64,000 nt of DNA from Octopus vulgaris. Taxonomy: Eukaryota. The stretch is from contig OX597815.1 of the NCBI GenBank assembly GCA_951406725.2, positions 189,038,001 to 189,102,000 on the forward strand, read 5' to 3'. Every line of letters starts with the position of its first letter. The first letter of the stretch is position 1. Shown here in pieces: positions 51,950 through 64,000 of this stretch. A program made the position numbers and the translations under genes. The notes below the pieces were generated by a model that was not told the origin of the DNA, did not search any database, and saw only the letters and a list, made by a program, of their open reading frames with translations.

Positions 51950-52500
51950 ATATTTTGAGATCCTTGCACTTCTATAGCTTTTCAATTTCCTTCTGAACAA
52001 TGTTGTGCTTGGAAGAAATCAATATATCTATTAGAAGACATATATTTTGCTTTCTCTCTTTCATTATGATATCTGGGCAGTTCACTTTGATCTCTTTGTA
52101 AGTCTGGACAAACATGTCCTGGCATGCCATTGCCATGTGATTATCACACACTTGGTTTGATGCATTCTTATTCTCAGTTTCCACAGAGAAGTGTCTGTTT
52201 ATTACCCAATGGATATACCTACTTTCCTGATCATATCTCTGGATATGTTCTCTTATTTACAAAGATTGTACAACTGGAAATGATCTAGTCGATTGTTGCC
52301 GGCTTGTTATTGCATTGTCTACAATTGACTTCAACCTCTTATTTTTATTTCTATAATGTTGTTGTTGTTTTTTTTTATGTCTAAGCATTGATCTTGTGCA
52401 GCTAAAACTATACTTTCCATTTCAGCCTATAGTCTAAAGCTTTTGAGCCATTGTTGACTTTCATATTAGTTCATTTCCCTATTGTCCTGTAGTACAGGAT
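51950..52500 (-). pseudogene. R4/Dong-like (RLE-type) LINE remnant: CCHC knuckle and restriction-like endonuclease
   Basis: NCRQCNNKPATID*IISSC...RYIHWVINRHF...DMFVQTYKEIKVNCPDIIMKERKQNICLLIDILISSKHNIVQKEIEKL*KCKDL fits the D..IQTD....N.PDI.....C..ID.......EK..KY.DL motif. Confidence 0.85.
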
Positions 52501-52619
52501 ACTGATGATGAAGAGGTATTATTCTTTTCATTTTTATTCCTGTATATACATAAAAATATATATATATATATACAAGTATATATATATATATATATATACA
52601 TGTGTATATATATATATGT

Positions 52620-52657
<38 letters not shown>

Positions 52658-52658
52658 C

Positions 52659-52715
<57 letters not shown>

Positions 52716-53301
52716 AAAACATGTATATATATATATACATACATGTATATATATATATATATACATGCATATATATATACATATATATATACATACATAC
52801 ATATATGTATATATGTGTGTATGTTGGTTTTACGTGTGCTTTGATTTTATTTTTGTTTTTTTTTTGTTCTTATCTAAACATTTTTTCTCAATGTAATTAG
52901 CTTCTGGTTTGTACTTTATTATTTCCGTGTATACAGAGAAAACATTTTTTTTCCCCTGCATCTAATACTAATCAATCTACCTTTGCTTGCTCCTAAATAT
53001 TTTGAAGACCTACTGTGATTTATTTGTAGTATTTTACTAATTGTATTGAGGTTCTCGTCTTCATGCTAGATATATCTTGTTTACATTTACTTAGAGATGG
53101 AGGGACTGGAATGCAATAATTCTTTCATTCTCCTTTTCTTTTTTCCTGTAATTTTCTCCTTTTATAATCCATGTTAGTCAGCTCACTTAACTAATTAATT
53201 AATTATTCTGCACCTGTAGCTTTTACCTAAGATGGTTAATGTATTTGTACCTGTAGTTTATTTCTAGAATTACATTAGGTTTTTAATATTAGTTTCACTC
53301 T

Positions 53302-53925
53302 AAGGCAGTGAGCTTGCAGAAACGTTAATATGCCAGGCGAAATGCTTAGCAGTATTTTGTCTGTCCTTACATTCTGAGTTCAAATTTCACCGAGTTCAAC
53401 TTTGCCTTTCATCTTTTCAGGGTCGACAAATTAAGTACTAGTTGCATACTGGGGTCGATCTAATTGACTGGGCCCTTCCCCAAAAATTTTGGGCCTTGTG
53501 CCTAGAGCAGGAAAGACTATTTATCTGACACTAAGACAGCAAGCTGGCAGAAATGTTAGCAAGCTGGGCAAAATGATTAGCGGTACTTCTTTTGTCATTA
53601 TATTCTGAGTTCAAATTCTGCCGAAGTTGATTTTGCCTTTCAACCTTTTGGGGTCGATAAAATTAAGTACCAGTTGCATACTGGAGTCGATATAATCGAC
53701 TGACATCCTTCCTCCCAAAATTTCCATGGCCTTGTACCTAGAGTAGAAATGATAAAATTGTTAGCTTATTGGCCAAAACGCTGAGAGATATTTCATCAGT
53801 TTTTAAATTCTGAGTTCAAATTCTGTTACAGCTAAATTTGCCCTTCATACTTTCAGTATGAAAGTACCAGGGTCGATGTAACCAGCTTATCCGCTCCCCC
53901 AAATTGCTGGCCTTGTGCCAAAAAT
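53302..53925 (+). mobile_element. Three head-to-tail family-A SINEs
   Basis: TTCTGAGTTCAAATT at ~53372, ~53603 and ~53808. Confidence 0.85.
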
Positions 53926-54404
53926 TTGGCACCTTTATCAGTCTGACTCTTCTGTAGCAGACTAATTTTCTCCTATATTTCAGTATTTTGTATCATAGTG
54001 TTTTTTTTTTATTTTTTATCTAACCTTAAGTACTTGAATGAATGATTTGACTCTAATCCTCAGATTTCAGCAACTAAATATAACTTAACATAAGGATTCT
54101 TAATCCCTTTACACGTTTTTAAGAAGACTTGGCATATTTATCTAATTCCATGCTTAATTTGATATATCCCTTTTGAATTCATGTACAAATTTTATAGGTT
54201 TTTCGGCTGGATGTTCTCTTGTATATATTTTTAACATCATGTAGAGGAAATACAGATAAAAGATTAGCCGGGCTAAAGAGCCCCGTGAAAAATCATATCT
54301 TCATATAAGGTACAGTTGATATTTATCAGTGTGTTTTCTTTTAAATTCAGTTTTTGTCCTGCAGTGTTATCAATTTTTTCATTTTAATACGACCCCTTGC
54401 TACA

Positions 54405-54775
54405 GGGTGGTAAGCTGGCAGAACTTTTAGCATGCTTTCTGGCATTTTTTTTTTTTGGTCTTTACATTCTGAGTTCAGATTCTATTGTGATTGGCTTTGC
54501 TTTTTTTTCATTCATTCAGGGTCGATAAAATAAGTACCCGTTGAGCACTGGGGTTGATGTAATTGACTAGCTCCCCTCCCTTGAAATTGCTAGTCTTGTG
54601 CTAAAATTTGAAGCCAATATTTATTTTTCATACCTTTTCTTTCGTTTTCTTTCTTTAAGGGTCGATAAAATAAGTACCCATTGAGCACTGGGGTCGACGT
54701 AATTGACTAGCCCCCCTCCCTGAAATTCCTAGCCTTGTGCTAAAATTTGAAGCCAATATCTATTTTTTCATGCCT
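54405..54775 (+). mobile_element. Family-A SINE whose 3' part and flank are tandemly duplicated
   Basis: AGGGTCGATAAAATAAGTACCC...GAAGCCAATAT.TATTTTT at ~54518 and ~54658. Confidence 0.8.
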
Positions 54776-56594
54776 GCATGGGTCAACTGGAATTCCTTAA
54801 CTCTTTAGCATTCAAAAGTAGTTAACCATTTAACGGTTTTAATAAATTTATACAGACAAAGTAAGCATTATACCATCCAGCAGAAATAAAGGTTAACTTC
54901 ATTATATTTTTTCTATGAAAAATCGTAAGATACCGGGTTCAATGCTGCTGCATGGCATCTTACGACATTTGTCTTTTACCATAGCTTTCGGTCAATCCAA
55001 GCCATGTGAGTGAAACTTCATGGGCAGAAGCTGTGTGGAAGCCTATCAGCCTTGTCTCACTCTCCCATACTGATACAGCCTGAGGATCATGCTAAGGACA
55101 CGCACGTCTGTAGAATACTCAAATTACACAATAGCTTAACGAGTAAGCTGTTCACTTGATTCAACAATTAACCGAATACACATAATCAATATCGATAAAC
55201 ATTCATTAATTATTCTGTACTGAAGCATTTTGTCACTATGGTTATCATATGATAACATTGTCATAACTGCATCAAGTGCATTTTATATCTCATGCAATGC
55301 ACAATACAACATGCCTGCATCTACAATACAACATCCAAACACCTAAGTCTAAAAAAACAGACATAGTATTTGTTGATTATTTTTAGTCCTTGCAATACCT
55401 TGTTAGTTGTTTACCATATAAGGGAAAAGAGAAACAGCCTATTTCCTCCTTCTATTAAAATAGTAATTAAAAGACAACTCTTAGAGATAATTTAAACAAT
55501 ATGTAATAAATTAAATGAAATTCTATTCTCCTTGATGGATTTTAAACCCTGAGAGAGCTTTGTGCTTATCTTTCTTTTTATCTTTGGATTAAATCAGAGT
55601 TTATGTGGTTAGGTCATGTTGATCTATTTTGAATTATATTCTTTGAAAGAAACTAAGCAGTAATTGCTGAGTTAATCAAATTTTGTTAATTAAGGTTTGA
55701 TAAGAAATGCTGCCATTTATCTTTTATTACTTTATTTTTCTGAGAAAGCAGCTTCCACAGGGATCAAATGTACGATGCCTTTTGCTAACTGACAAAACTT
55801 TAAGTATTTTCTTCAGTTTACTTGTAAAGAAAAGAAAAAAAACCTGATAATTGACGTTCTGTGATTAAGTTGTAAGATTTCTTAAAACATTGAATTATTT
55901 TAGAAAATTTACTGTAACTTATGTAACCAATTAAAAAAAAAGTGCTGTTATCTTAGCAATTACTTCATAATTTCAGTTATTTTATATTTATTTTTCAAAG
56001 TGAATTTAAATAATAATAGCATTTTTCATGAAGCCATAATATTAATTGTAATTCACAAAGACTACAATTAAACTTACACAAAGCAAACAAATCAGATTAA
56101 AGTGTGTTATGCAGCAATCATTTGGCAAATTATTAAATGCCAAGCTTTGAATGGAATGTGCTTACCAAATGACACATAATAACCACATAGTAGAAACCAA
56201 ACAGTAAACTATAAATACTACAAATATATATATATATATGTATATATATATCTTCCATCAAATTCTTAATTTTGTGTAACAACTTTTTTTTTCATTAATC
56301 GTGTATTTCTTGTATTAACAACAGTAGAATCATGATAGATAAATTGGTGCAATTTATGAAATGCACAATGTGAATCTAAGAAATGAACTGGATATAAAGG
56401 CACAGGCATGGCCATGTGGTAAGAAACTTGCTGCTCAATCGCATGGTTCCAGGTTCAGTCCCACTGCGTTGCACCTAAAGCAAATGTTTTCTAGTATAGC
56501 TCCACACCAACCAAAGCCATGTGAGTAGATTTGGTACAAGGAAGTGAAAGAAGCCCATCACACAAACACATATATTTGTATGCTAATATATATA

Positions 56595-56737
56595 TAGTCG
56601 AAATTTACAGAAAAACAAAAGATGAAGACAGGTGTATGGACAACAGGCAGATGTATTTGCTTGACACCACTCGGGTAAGTGAGAAATTGTTTTACATTTC
56701 AAGCCTATACTCTTCAACAGAAAGTAATAAGAGAAAA
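56595..56737 (-). mobile_element. (TA)n-anchored short element with U6 hammerhead-like motif (56688-56725)
   Basis: Minus strand ACTTT-CTGTTGA-A-GAGT ATAG GCTT-GAAA-TG-TA-AAACA. Confidence 0.7.
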
Positions 56738-56871
56738 TGTGTGTGTGTGTAAGCCAAGCATTTATTCTATCGGTCTCTTTTGCCAGGCGATGGTGGTGAC
56801 AAACACAGACATACAAACATATATACACACATACATACATATATACATATATACATACATATATACATATG

Positions 56872-56904
<33 letters not shown>

Positions 56905-57277
56905 GTATATATTTCTTTATTACCCACAGAGGGGACAAACAAGGTCAGACAAAGGGACTAAGACAATTACATCACCCTCTGTGCATATTTAATCAACCTC
57001 GAAAGGATGAAAGGCAAAGTCGACCTCGGTGGAATGTGAACTCACAACGTAACGGCAGATGAAATACCACTAAACATTTTGCCCGGTGTGCTAATGATTC
57101 TGCCAGCTCGCTGCCACACCCATATATATTTATCCGAAATCGCGAGGATGATCCAGTTCTTGACTGAAGATTGAAGGCTTCGAATGTCCAGTCCGTGTTT
57201 TTTGTATCGTCTTCTAAATGTTTTGCGTTCTTGTCCCAGTTTGTGTTTTTTTTACATATACATATATATATATATAT

Positions 57278-57940
57278 AAACACCATTTGAGCATGGCTCC
57301 TGTGCTGCTGGAATGTAAAAAGCACCATTTGTGTGTGATCGATGCCAGTATTTCCTGACCGGCCCTCAAGCTGGTGGAACATAAAAAGCACCCACTACAC
57401 TCTCGGAGTGGTTGGTGTTAGGAAGGGCATCCAGCAGTAGAAACTTTGCCAGATCAGATTGGAGCCTGGTGCAGCAATCTGGCTTGCCAGTCCTCAATCA
57501 AACTGTGCAGCCCATGCCAGCATGGAAAGCGGACGTTAAACGACGATGATGATGATGATGTATGGACGAGCTTCTTTCAGTTTCCATCTACCAAATCCCC
57601 TCAGAAGGCTTTAATCGGCCCGAGTCTATAGTAGAAGGCACTTGCCCAAAGTGCCATGCAGTGGAACTGAACCTGGAACCATGTGGTTGGTAAGCAAGCT
57701 TTTTACCAGGCAGCCATTCCTGTGCCTATGATCTTTACTCTTTTACTCTTTTACTCTTTTATTTGTTTCAGTCATTTGACTGTGGCCATGCTGGAGCACT
57801 GCCTTTAGTCGAGCAAATCGACCCCAGGACTTATTCTTTGTAAGCCCAGTACTAATTCTATCGGTCTCTTTTTGCTGAACCGCTAACTGACAGGGTTGTC
57901 AAGCAAAGGTAGGGGAACAAACACACACATACATATATAC

Positions 57941-57985
<45 letters not shown>

Positions 57986-58142
57986 TATGACAGGCTTCTT
58001 TCAGTTTCCGTCTACCAAATCCACTCACAAAGCATTGGTCAGCCCGGGGCTATAGCAGAAGACACTTGCCCAAGATGCCACGCAGTGGGACTGAACCCGG
58101 AACCATGTGGTTGGTTAGCAAGCTACTTACCACACAGCCACT
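57278..58142. mobile_element. RTE-like 3' UTR (+, 57278-57560) followed by family-B SINEs (-, 57560-57727 and 57733-58142)
   Basis: Shared family motifs as above. Confidence 0.8.
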
Positions 58143-58454
58143 CTTTGCAAATAATTATTTTAGGCTTGAACTACTCAGTGAGAGAAATATGAGAGAAAAT
58201 TATAAGATGGTAGATATACAACTTTTAGAGATTTATAGAAATGTAGAGACAGAGAAGAAAAGAAACCTGAAAAACAAACGAAGCAAAATAGATAAAACTA
58301 AAACCGACATAATATCATTAACGATGCAGATCAATGCCAGGATTGCAGGAATTTGATGATAAAGATAATGTTGCTGGTGTTGAGAACAGTGATTAAGGAT
58401 TAGCAGTGAAGTAAACGATACGCGAAGCTGATGCTGAAAGTAATAATAATTCTT

Positions 58455-58504
58455 GTGATGATGATGATGATGACGACGACGACGACGGTGATAATAACAT
58501 TGAC

Positions 58505-58550
<46 letters not shown>

Positions 58551-58870
58551 GTGGTAATGATGATGGTGATGATGGTGATGATGATGATGACGATGATTAG
58601 GATGACGATAAGGATGATGATGATGATGAGGAGGAGGAGGAGGAGGAGGAGGGAATGTGGTGATGGCAAGGGTGATGAAACTGGTGGTGGCAAATGGCGA
58701 TGTTGGTAGCGGTGACAATGAAGACAACAATGACAACGATGATGACAACAATGGTGATGATGGTGGTGGTGGTGGTGGTGGTGTTGATGACAATGATAAT
58801 GGTGGGTGATGCTGTTGATGATGATGGCAATGATAATGATGATGACGATGATGTTGATAATGACAATAAT
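58455..58870. repeat. (GAT)/(GAG)/(GGT) compound microsatellite
   Basis: Visible directly. Confidence 0.95.
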
Positions 58871-59426
58871 TTTTTTTTATTATGACAATAGAATATAAAA
58901 CAGTAATGATACTTCCCTTTCAGTAAAATTAAAATCCTTCCCACCCTGCCACCAAAAAAATAACAAAATAAAACTACCTAGATGGTTAATTTTACATCTA
59001 AAATAATCAGCTATGCTTTCTTTCACCACGATATTTATTTTCGCTTTTTGTTATTTCTCCACTTTCTTAAATTTTCATTCCTGAAGTTCAGTCATACCTG
59101 TTTGACCTGCAAGACGAGTTTCTCACATAGTTACAATGCTTTTAATATAAAAACAAAATTAAACAATCAGTCTTTATCAGTTCATTGTCTTCTGGAAATT
59201 TGATTTACAAAACAACTTTCTTAAAATAACAGGAAATAATCGTTTACTGTTTTGCAGTAAACAATAAATATGTATATACATATATACATATATAGACACA
59301 CATATGTATATATGTATATATATATATATATATTTAAAAAAATTTTTTTTTGATTTTCCATACACCCATTTTCATTAATATGTTTATATATTTGTTGTGC
59401 AAGATTTTTTATGTGAAGTCGTGTGT

Positions 59427-59583
59427 TGAAACATATTGCTATATTTCGGAATGGCTGAAATAAGATTAAGATTAATGTAAAAAATAAATAACACTGAAGC
59501 AAAGTAACACCAAATATATAGAGCGTGTGTTTTCATTGGCTAAACTGGCAAAATGACCATTCCGAAATATAACAACATTTTCA
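59427..59583. repeat. ~28-bp imperfect inverted repeat with ~100-bp spacer
   Basis: TGAAACATATTGCTATATTTCGGAATGG vs CCATTCCGAAATATAACAACATTTTCA. Confidence 0.7.
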
Positions 59584-59679
59584 TTAAAATTTACCTTTAA
59601 TTTAGCATTCTGCCTTTTTATAATTTTTCCTTGCCTATCATTTCTTCACGTGCGGTCAACACAACCCCACCATTTATTG

Positions 59680-59732
<53 letters not shown>

Positions 59733-59837
59733 TATATGTACATGTATTATATATATATATATATATACACATATATATATATGTACATGTATGTATGTAT
59801 TATATATATATATATATATATATAATATATGTTTATA

Positions 59838-60238
59838 AAGAGATTAAGTCGATTACATCAACCCCAGTGTGTAACTGGTACTTAATTTATCGATCCCAAA
59901 AGGATGAAAGGCAGAGTCGACCTTGGCAGAATTTAACTCAGAGCATAATGGCAGACGAAATACCACTAAGCATTTCACCTGGCGCGCTAACATTTCTGCC
60001 AGCTCGCTGCCTTAACTAAATATTCTTTTCTACTCTAGGTACAAGGCCCAAAATTTTTTGGGAGGTGGGGTAGTCGATTAGATTGACCCCAGTATGCAGC
60101 TAGTACTTAATTTATTGACCCTGAATGTTAAAAGGCAAAATCGACCTCAGTAGAATTTGAACTCAGAGCATAAAGACAGTCGAAATACCGCTAAGCATTT
60201 CACCCAGCATGCTAACGTTTCTGCCAGCTCACAGCCTT
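59838..60238 (-). mobile_element. Family-A SINE dimer
   Basis: Two copies joined by a short AT linker, same tail-type order as at 32386-32776. Confidence 0.85.
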
Positions 60239-60981
60239 AACTTAAATAAATATTAACAGCAACTTAATCTTACAGTATTTTGTTTCATCTTTCTAAATCC
60301 AAACCAATTTTACCTTTTACCCTTGTAAATTTTCTAAAATTTGTACCAGTCAATTATAATTATCATCCTTACAAAAAATTGGCTGAGTGCCCAGCAGAAT
60401 GTAATCAATATTTCTTCACAGTAATTTTGGATATGGTTTTACTGATGGATGTCACTCTCAGAGCTTCTGTTCCTAAAGAACATTACCAATGTATCCAACA
60501 ACAACACCATATTTAGAGACCACAATGTAAATAGCTTATTGATCATCAGCATTTATAGCTAAAAGTACAGTCTTGATATCACTGTAGTATCTCTTTTTTT
60601 TTTGTTCAATATCATTTTATTTATTGTTGTTATTGTTTCAGTCAATTGTTAATCCACATTTTCCAAAATGGGAATCAGGCCAAAATATTCAATCATTATA
60701 TGTTCAATATTAGCTTCCAATATATCATCTAATATATGTCAATGAAGTTGTGACTTTGGCTTCTTATTAACTGATAATCAAATTTTTAATAACATACCAT
60801 TTGATACCATTTATATGCTCATTAATGTGAGCAGACAAACTTACAATATTATTTCATTAATTGGTCGTAGTGTGAAGCCTTACATTTTCTAGGGTTTCCT
60901 GTTAGGTTTGTCTTAGTGCATCGAACACTTTGTGGAATCAGTCATGTGTTTTACCCATAATCTAGAAATAATGTCCATATA

Positions 60982-61249
60982 CAGGGTGTTCAAAACATCT
61001 CTCCGCAGTAAATATTTTATTGCAAAATTTATAAGATGGTATAAGATTTATAAGATGGTATAAAATTTATAAGATGGTATAAGACTACAAAAGGATATAT
61101 TAGACTTTACAAGACTTTAAAAAATTTTATAAGAGGTGTTGAAAGTGTTGTCTTTCATTTTCAATGCATAAGTTGACTCCTCTACACATGTTTTGAAATA
61201 CATCTTGGAGAAAAAAAATTCAGTGCAGAGAAACTTTTTGAATACCCTG
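60982..61249. mobile_element. Tc1/mariner-type MITE (~268 bp) with an internal 19-bp tandem repeat
   Basis: TA|CAGGGTGTTCAAAA ... TTTTGAATACCCTG|CA, ~29-bp imperfect TIRs; ATTTATAAGATGGTATAA(G/A) three times at ~61027-61085. Confidence 0.75.
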
Positions 61250-61254
61250 CACAA

Positions 61255-61731
61255 TCCTCTTGATTGGCACCCGTGCTGGTGTCATGTAAAAAGCACCATT
61301 CAAGTATGGCCAATGTCAGTGCTGTCTGACTGGAACCCATGCCGGTGGAATGTAAAAAGCACCATTCAAATGTGGTCAATGCCTGTACTGCCTGATAGGC
61401 ACCTGTACTGGTGGCACGTAAAAAGCACCATTCAAGCATGGCTGATGCCAATACGACCTGACTGGCACTTGTGCCAGTAGCACGTAAAAAGCACCATTCA
61501 ATCATGGCCAATGCCAGTGCTACCTGACTGACTCCTGTGCCAGTGACACATGAAAATCATCCACTACACTCTTGGAGTGGTTTGAGTTAAGAAGGCCATC
61601 CAGTTGTAGAAACCCTGTCAAATCAGATTGGAGCCTGGTACAGCCTCCTGGCTTGCCAGTTCTCATTCAAACCGTCCAACCCATGCCAGCATGTAAAGTG
61701 GATGTTAAATGATGACGATGACGACGATGAT
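61255..61731 (+). mobile_element. RTE-like 3' UTR with five ~63-bp subrepeats
   Basis: GTAAAAAGCACCATTCAA repeated at ~61286, 61352, 61418 and 61484; (GAT/GAC)n tail. Confidence 0.85.
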
Positions 61732-62021
61732 AATTTATTTACACAATAAGATTGAATGCTTGTTTCTCAAATATACAATTGTGATCTTATTCCTGACTTA
61801 AGGATTAACTGTCACCCACTTTTGGTTAGTGTACCATCAGCTTATTGACTTAGGCAACATAATATTTACAGGGATTGTTATTATTGACAGGGATAAATAA
61901 AAACGATAGACAGGATTCGACTCCCTTTTTTTTTTACAATAATTACTACTACTACTGCCTCCCACCAAAACCTCTGCTTCTACTGTAGCAGCAGCAACAG
62001 CAGTAATGGTTTTGAATGGTA

Positions 62022-62230
62022 TCAAATTTTGCCACAAGGGCTGCAATTTTGGGGAAGGAGATGAGTCGATTATATCAACCCCAGTGTTCAACTGGTACAA
62101 ATTTTAGCGACCCCGAAAGGATGAAAGGTAAAGTCGACCTTGGTGGAATTTGAACTCTGAACGTAGCACCAGGTGAAATACCGCTAAGCATTTCATCCAA
62201 TTTGCTAACGATTCTGCCAGCTCGCTGCCT
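62022..62230 (-). mobile_element. SINE family A
   Basis: CGACCCCGAAAGGATGAAAGGTAAAGTCGACC. Confidence 0.85.
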
Positions 62231-62269
62231 TAGCAGCAACAGTAATGGTATTAATAGAAATAACAGTAG

Positions 62270-62286
62270 AATAGTAGTAGTAGTGC

Positions 62287-62328
<42 letters not shown>

Positions 62329-62432
62329 TAGTAGTAGTAGTGGTAGTAGTAGTAGTAGTAGTAGTAATGTTAGTAGTAATGTTAGTAGTAATGTTAGTAG
62401 TAGAAGTAGTAGTAGTAGTAGTGGTAGTAATA

Positions 62433-62472
<40 letters not shown>

Positions 62473-62525
62473 TAGAAGTAGTAATAGTAGTAGTGGTAGT
62501 AGTAGAAGTAGTAGTAGTAGAAGTA

Positions 62526-62616
<91 letters not shown>

Positions 62617-62630
62617 CAGCAGCAGCAGCA
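62270..62630. repeat. (GTA)n microsatellite
   Basis: Visible directly. Confidence 0.95.
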
Positions 62631-63364
62631 CATCAGTGCTGATAGTAATTATTGTTTTTGTTGTGAGACAGACCTAGTTCCATTTTACTTCACGTTTCCC
62701 TATTAGGGAAGAATATAACGAGCTTTAACACAACATAATGAGAGATTCTGCTCTGATTTAATTCACACTTTTCCTATTTATGAAAAAAAAAAAAAAATTA
62801 AGATTTGCAACTTTTTTTTCTTTTTTTTAAACCAAAGAGGAACAGGATTGATTTTGTGTCTGTCACTTTGGAAAAGTTTGTTCCCAATTCTCCAAATTTA
62901 TAGAGAGAGACAATAACAGATTCGTCATTATTTTTTTCTGTTTAAATTTTTTTATATATTGATCTTACCGCTTCTCTTTCCCATCTAAATTCCTATTTTG
63001 GTAAGGACATCTTGACACATACCACTCTGTGATGTCACAATACTGCTACTTTAATATTTGCATTGATCACTCTTCCCCATTTAATCTCACAAATTCATTT
63101 TTCTTCCCACTTTTAGCAAGAGAAAGAAACGAACAACAAAAGCACAACGTACAAAAAAACAAACCCAAAACCCCCCCTAAAAAACCCCGCAAAGATTCTG
63201 AAATGTTTCTTTCACATGTTACAACCAAACCCTTCCCTTCATCACAGCATACTTCATTTCTTATTCATTCTTCCCTTAATTTTTTTCCCCCTTTTCACTG
63301 ATGTCTTTGCCTCTCTGCTCTACCTTACTTCTGATATTGCATTCTCTTCATTCAACTCCTTAAC

Positions 63365-63369
63365 TATTG

Positions 63370-63424
<55 letters not shown>

Positions 63425-63471
63425 TTATTATTATTATTATCATGATTATTATTAATATTATTATCATTATA

Positions 63472-63509
<38 letters not shown>

Positions 63510-63645
63510 TTATTATTAAGAAATATATATATAAAGTAAAGAAATATAATTATTATTATTATTACTATTACTATTACTATTATTATTATTATTATCATCA
63601 TCATCATCATCATCATCATCACTACTACTACTACTATTATCATCA

Positions 63646-63698
<53 letters not shown>

Positions 63699-63744
63699 AG
63701 TATCATCATCATCATCATCATCATCATTATTATTATTATCATTA

Positions 63745-63775
<31 letters not shown>

Positions 63776-63830
63776 TACTATTATTATTACTATTATCATC
63801 ATCATCATCATCATCATTATTATTATCATT

Positions 63831-63880
<50 letters not shown>

Positions 63881-63897
63881 TATTATTATTATTATTA
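63365..63897. repeat. (TTA)/(TCA)/(CTA) compound microsatellite
   Basis: Visible directly. Confidence 0.95.
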
Positions 63898-64000
63898 TAT
63901 ATCGTTTTGAGTCTTCTTTTGCTGTTGTGTTCTCTTTGCTTTTCTTTCATCATATTTTTTTTCTTTTTCATTATTTCTCTCCGTTTCTTTTTTTTTCATT

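Noticed and set aside
54198-54310. Possible exon on either strand
   Set aside because: Plus-strand frames all hit stops before the donor; the minus-strand frame lacks convincing splice sites and homology.
57160-57195. CTGAAGA...GAAT hammerhead
   Set aside because: Folds as a simple GACTG/CAGTC hairpin and lacks GAAA.
60280-60516. 78-aa ORF or minus-strand exon with splice-like ends
   Set aside because: Minus-strand frames contain stops; the plus-strand ORF has no recognisable motif.

Overview
AT-rich, repeat-saturated eukaryotic (animal) intronic or intergenic DNA. The repeat families and the very high microsatellite load suggest a coleoid cephalopod, probably Octopus; this is recognition only, not a database result. 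I found no host protein-coding gene I can recognise. Almost every ORF in the supplied track is a microsatellite or SINE artefact, and one phase-compatible pair of small minus-strand exons (23973-24631) is only a weak candidate. Supported content: four tRNA-headed SINE families (labelled A-D here, often in tandem arrays or with shuffled heads and tails); RTE-, CR1- and R4/Dong-like LINE remnants; a 5'-truncated Penelope-like element (RT thumb, GIY-YIG endonuclease and a hammerhead-like motif) lying directly upstream of a decayed, same-sense 28S rRNA fragment; a non-autonomous Helitron; mariner- and piggyBac-type MITEs; and long foldback palindromes. The most interesting signal is a family of short elements anchored on (TA)n tracts. 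Five copies each carry a 38-nt minimal type-I hammerhead-like fold whose core has U rather than the conserved A at position 6 in every copy. Two other hammerhead-like motifs are present, plus hairpins built around hammerhead 3' halves. Coordinates were counted by hand, so repeat boundaries are approximate.
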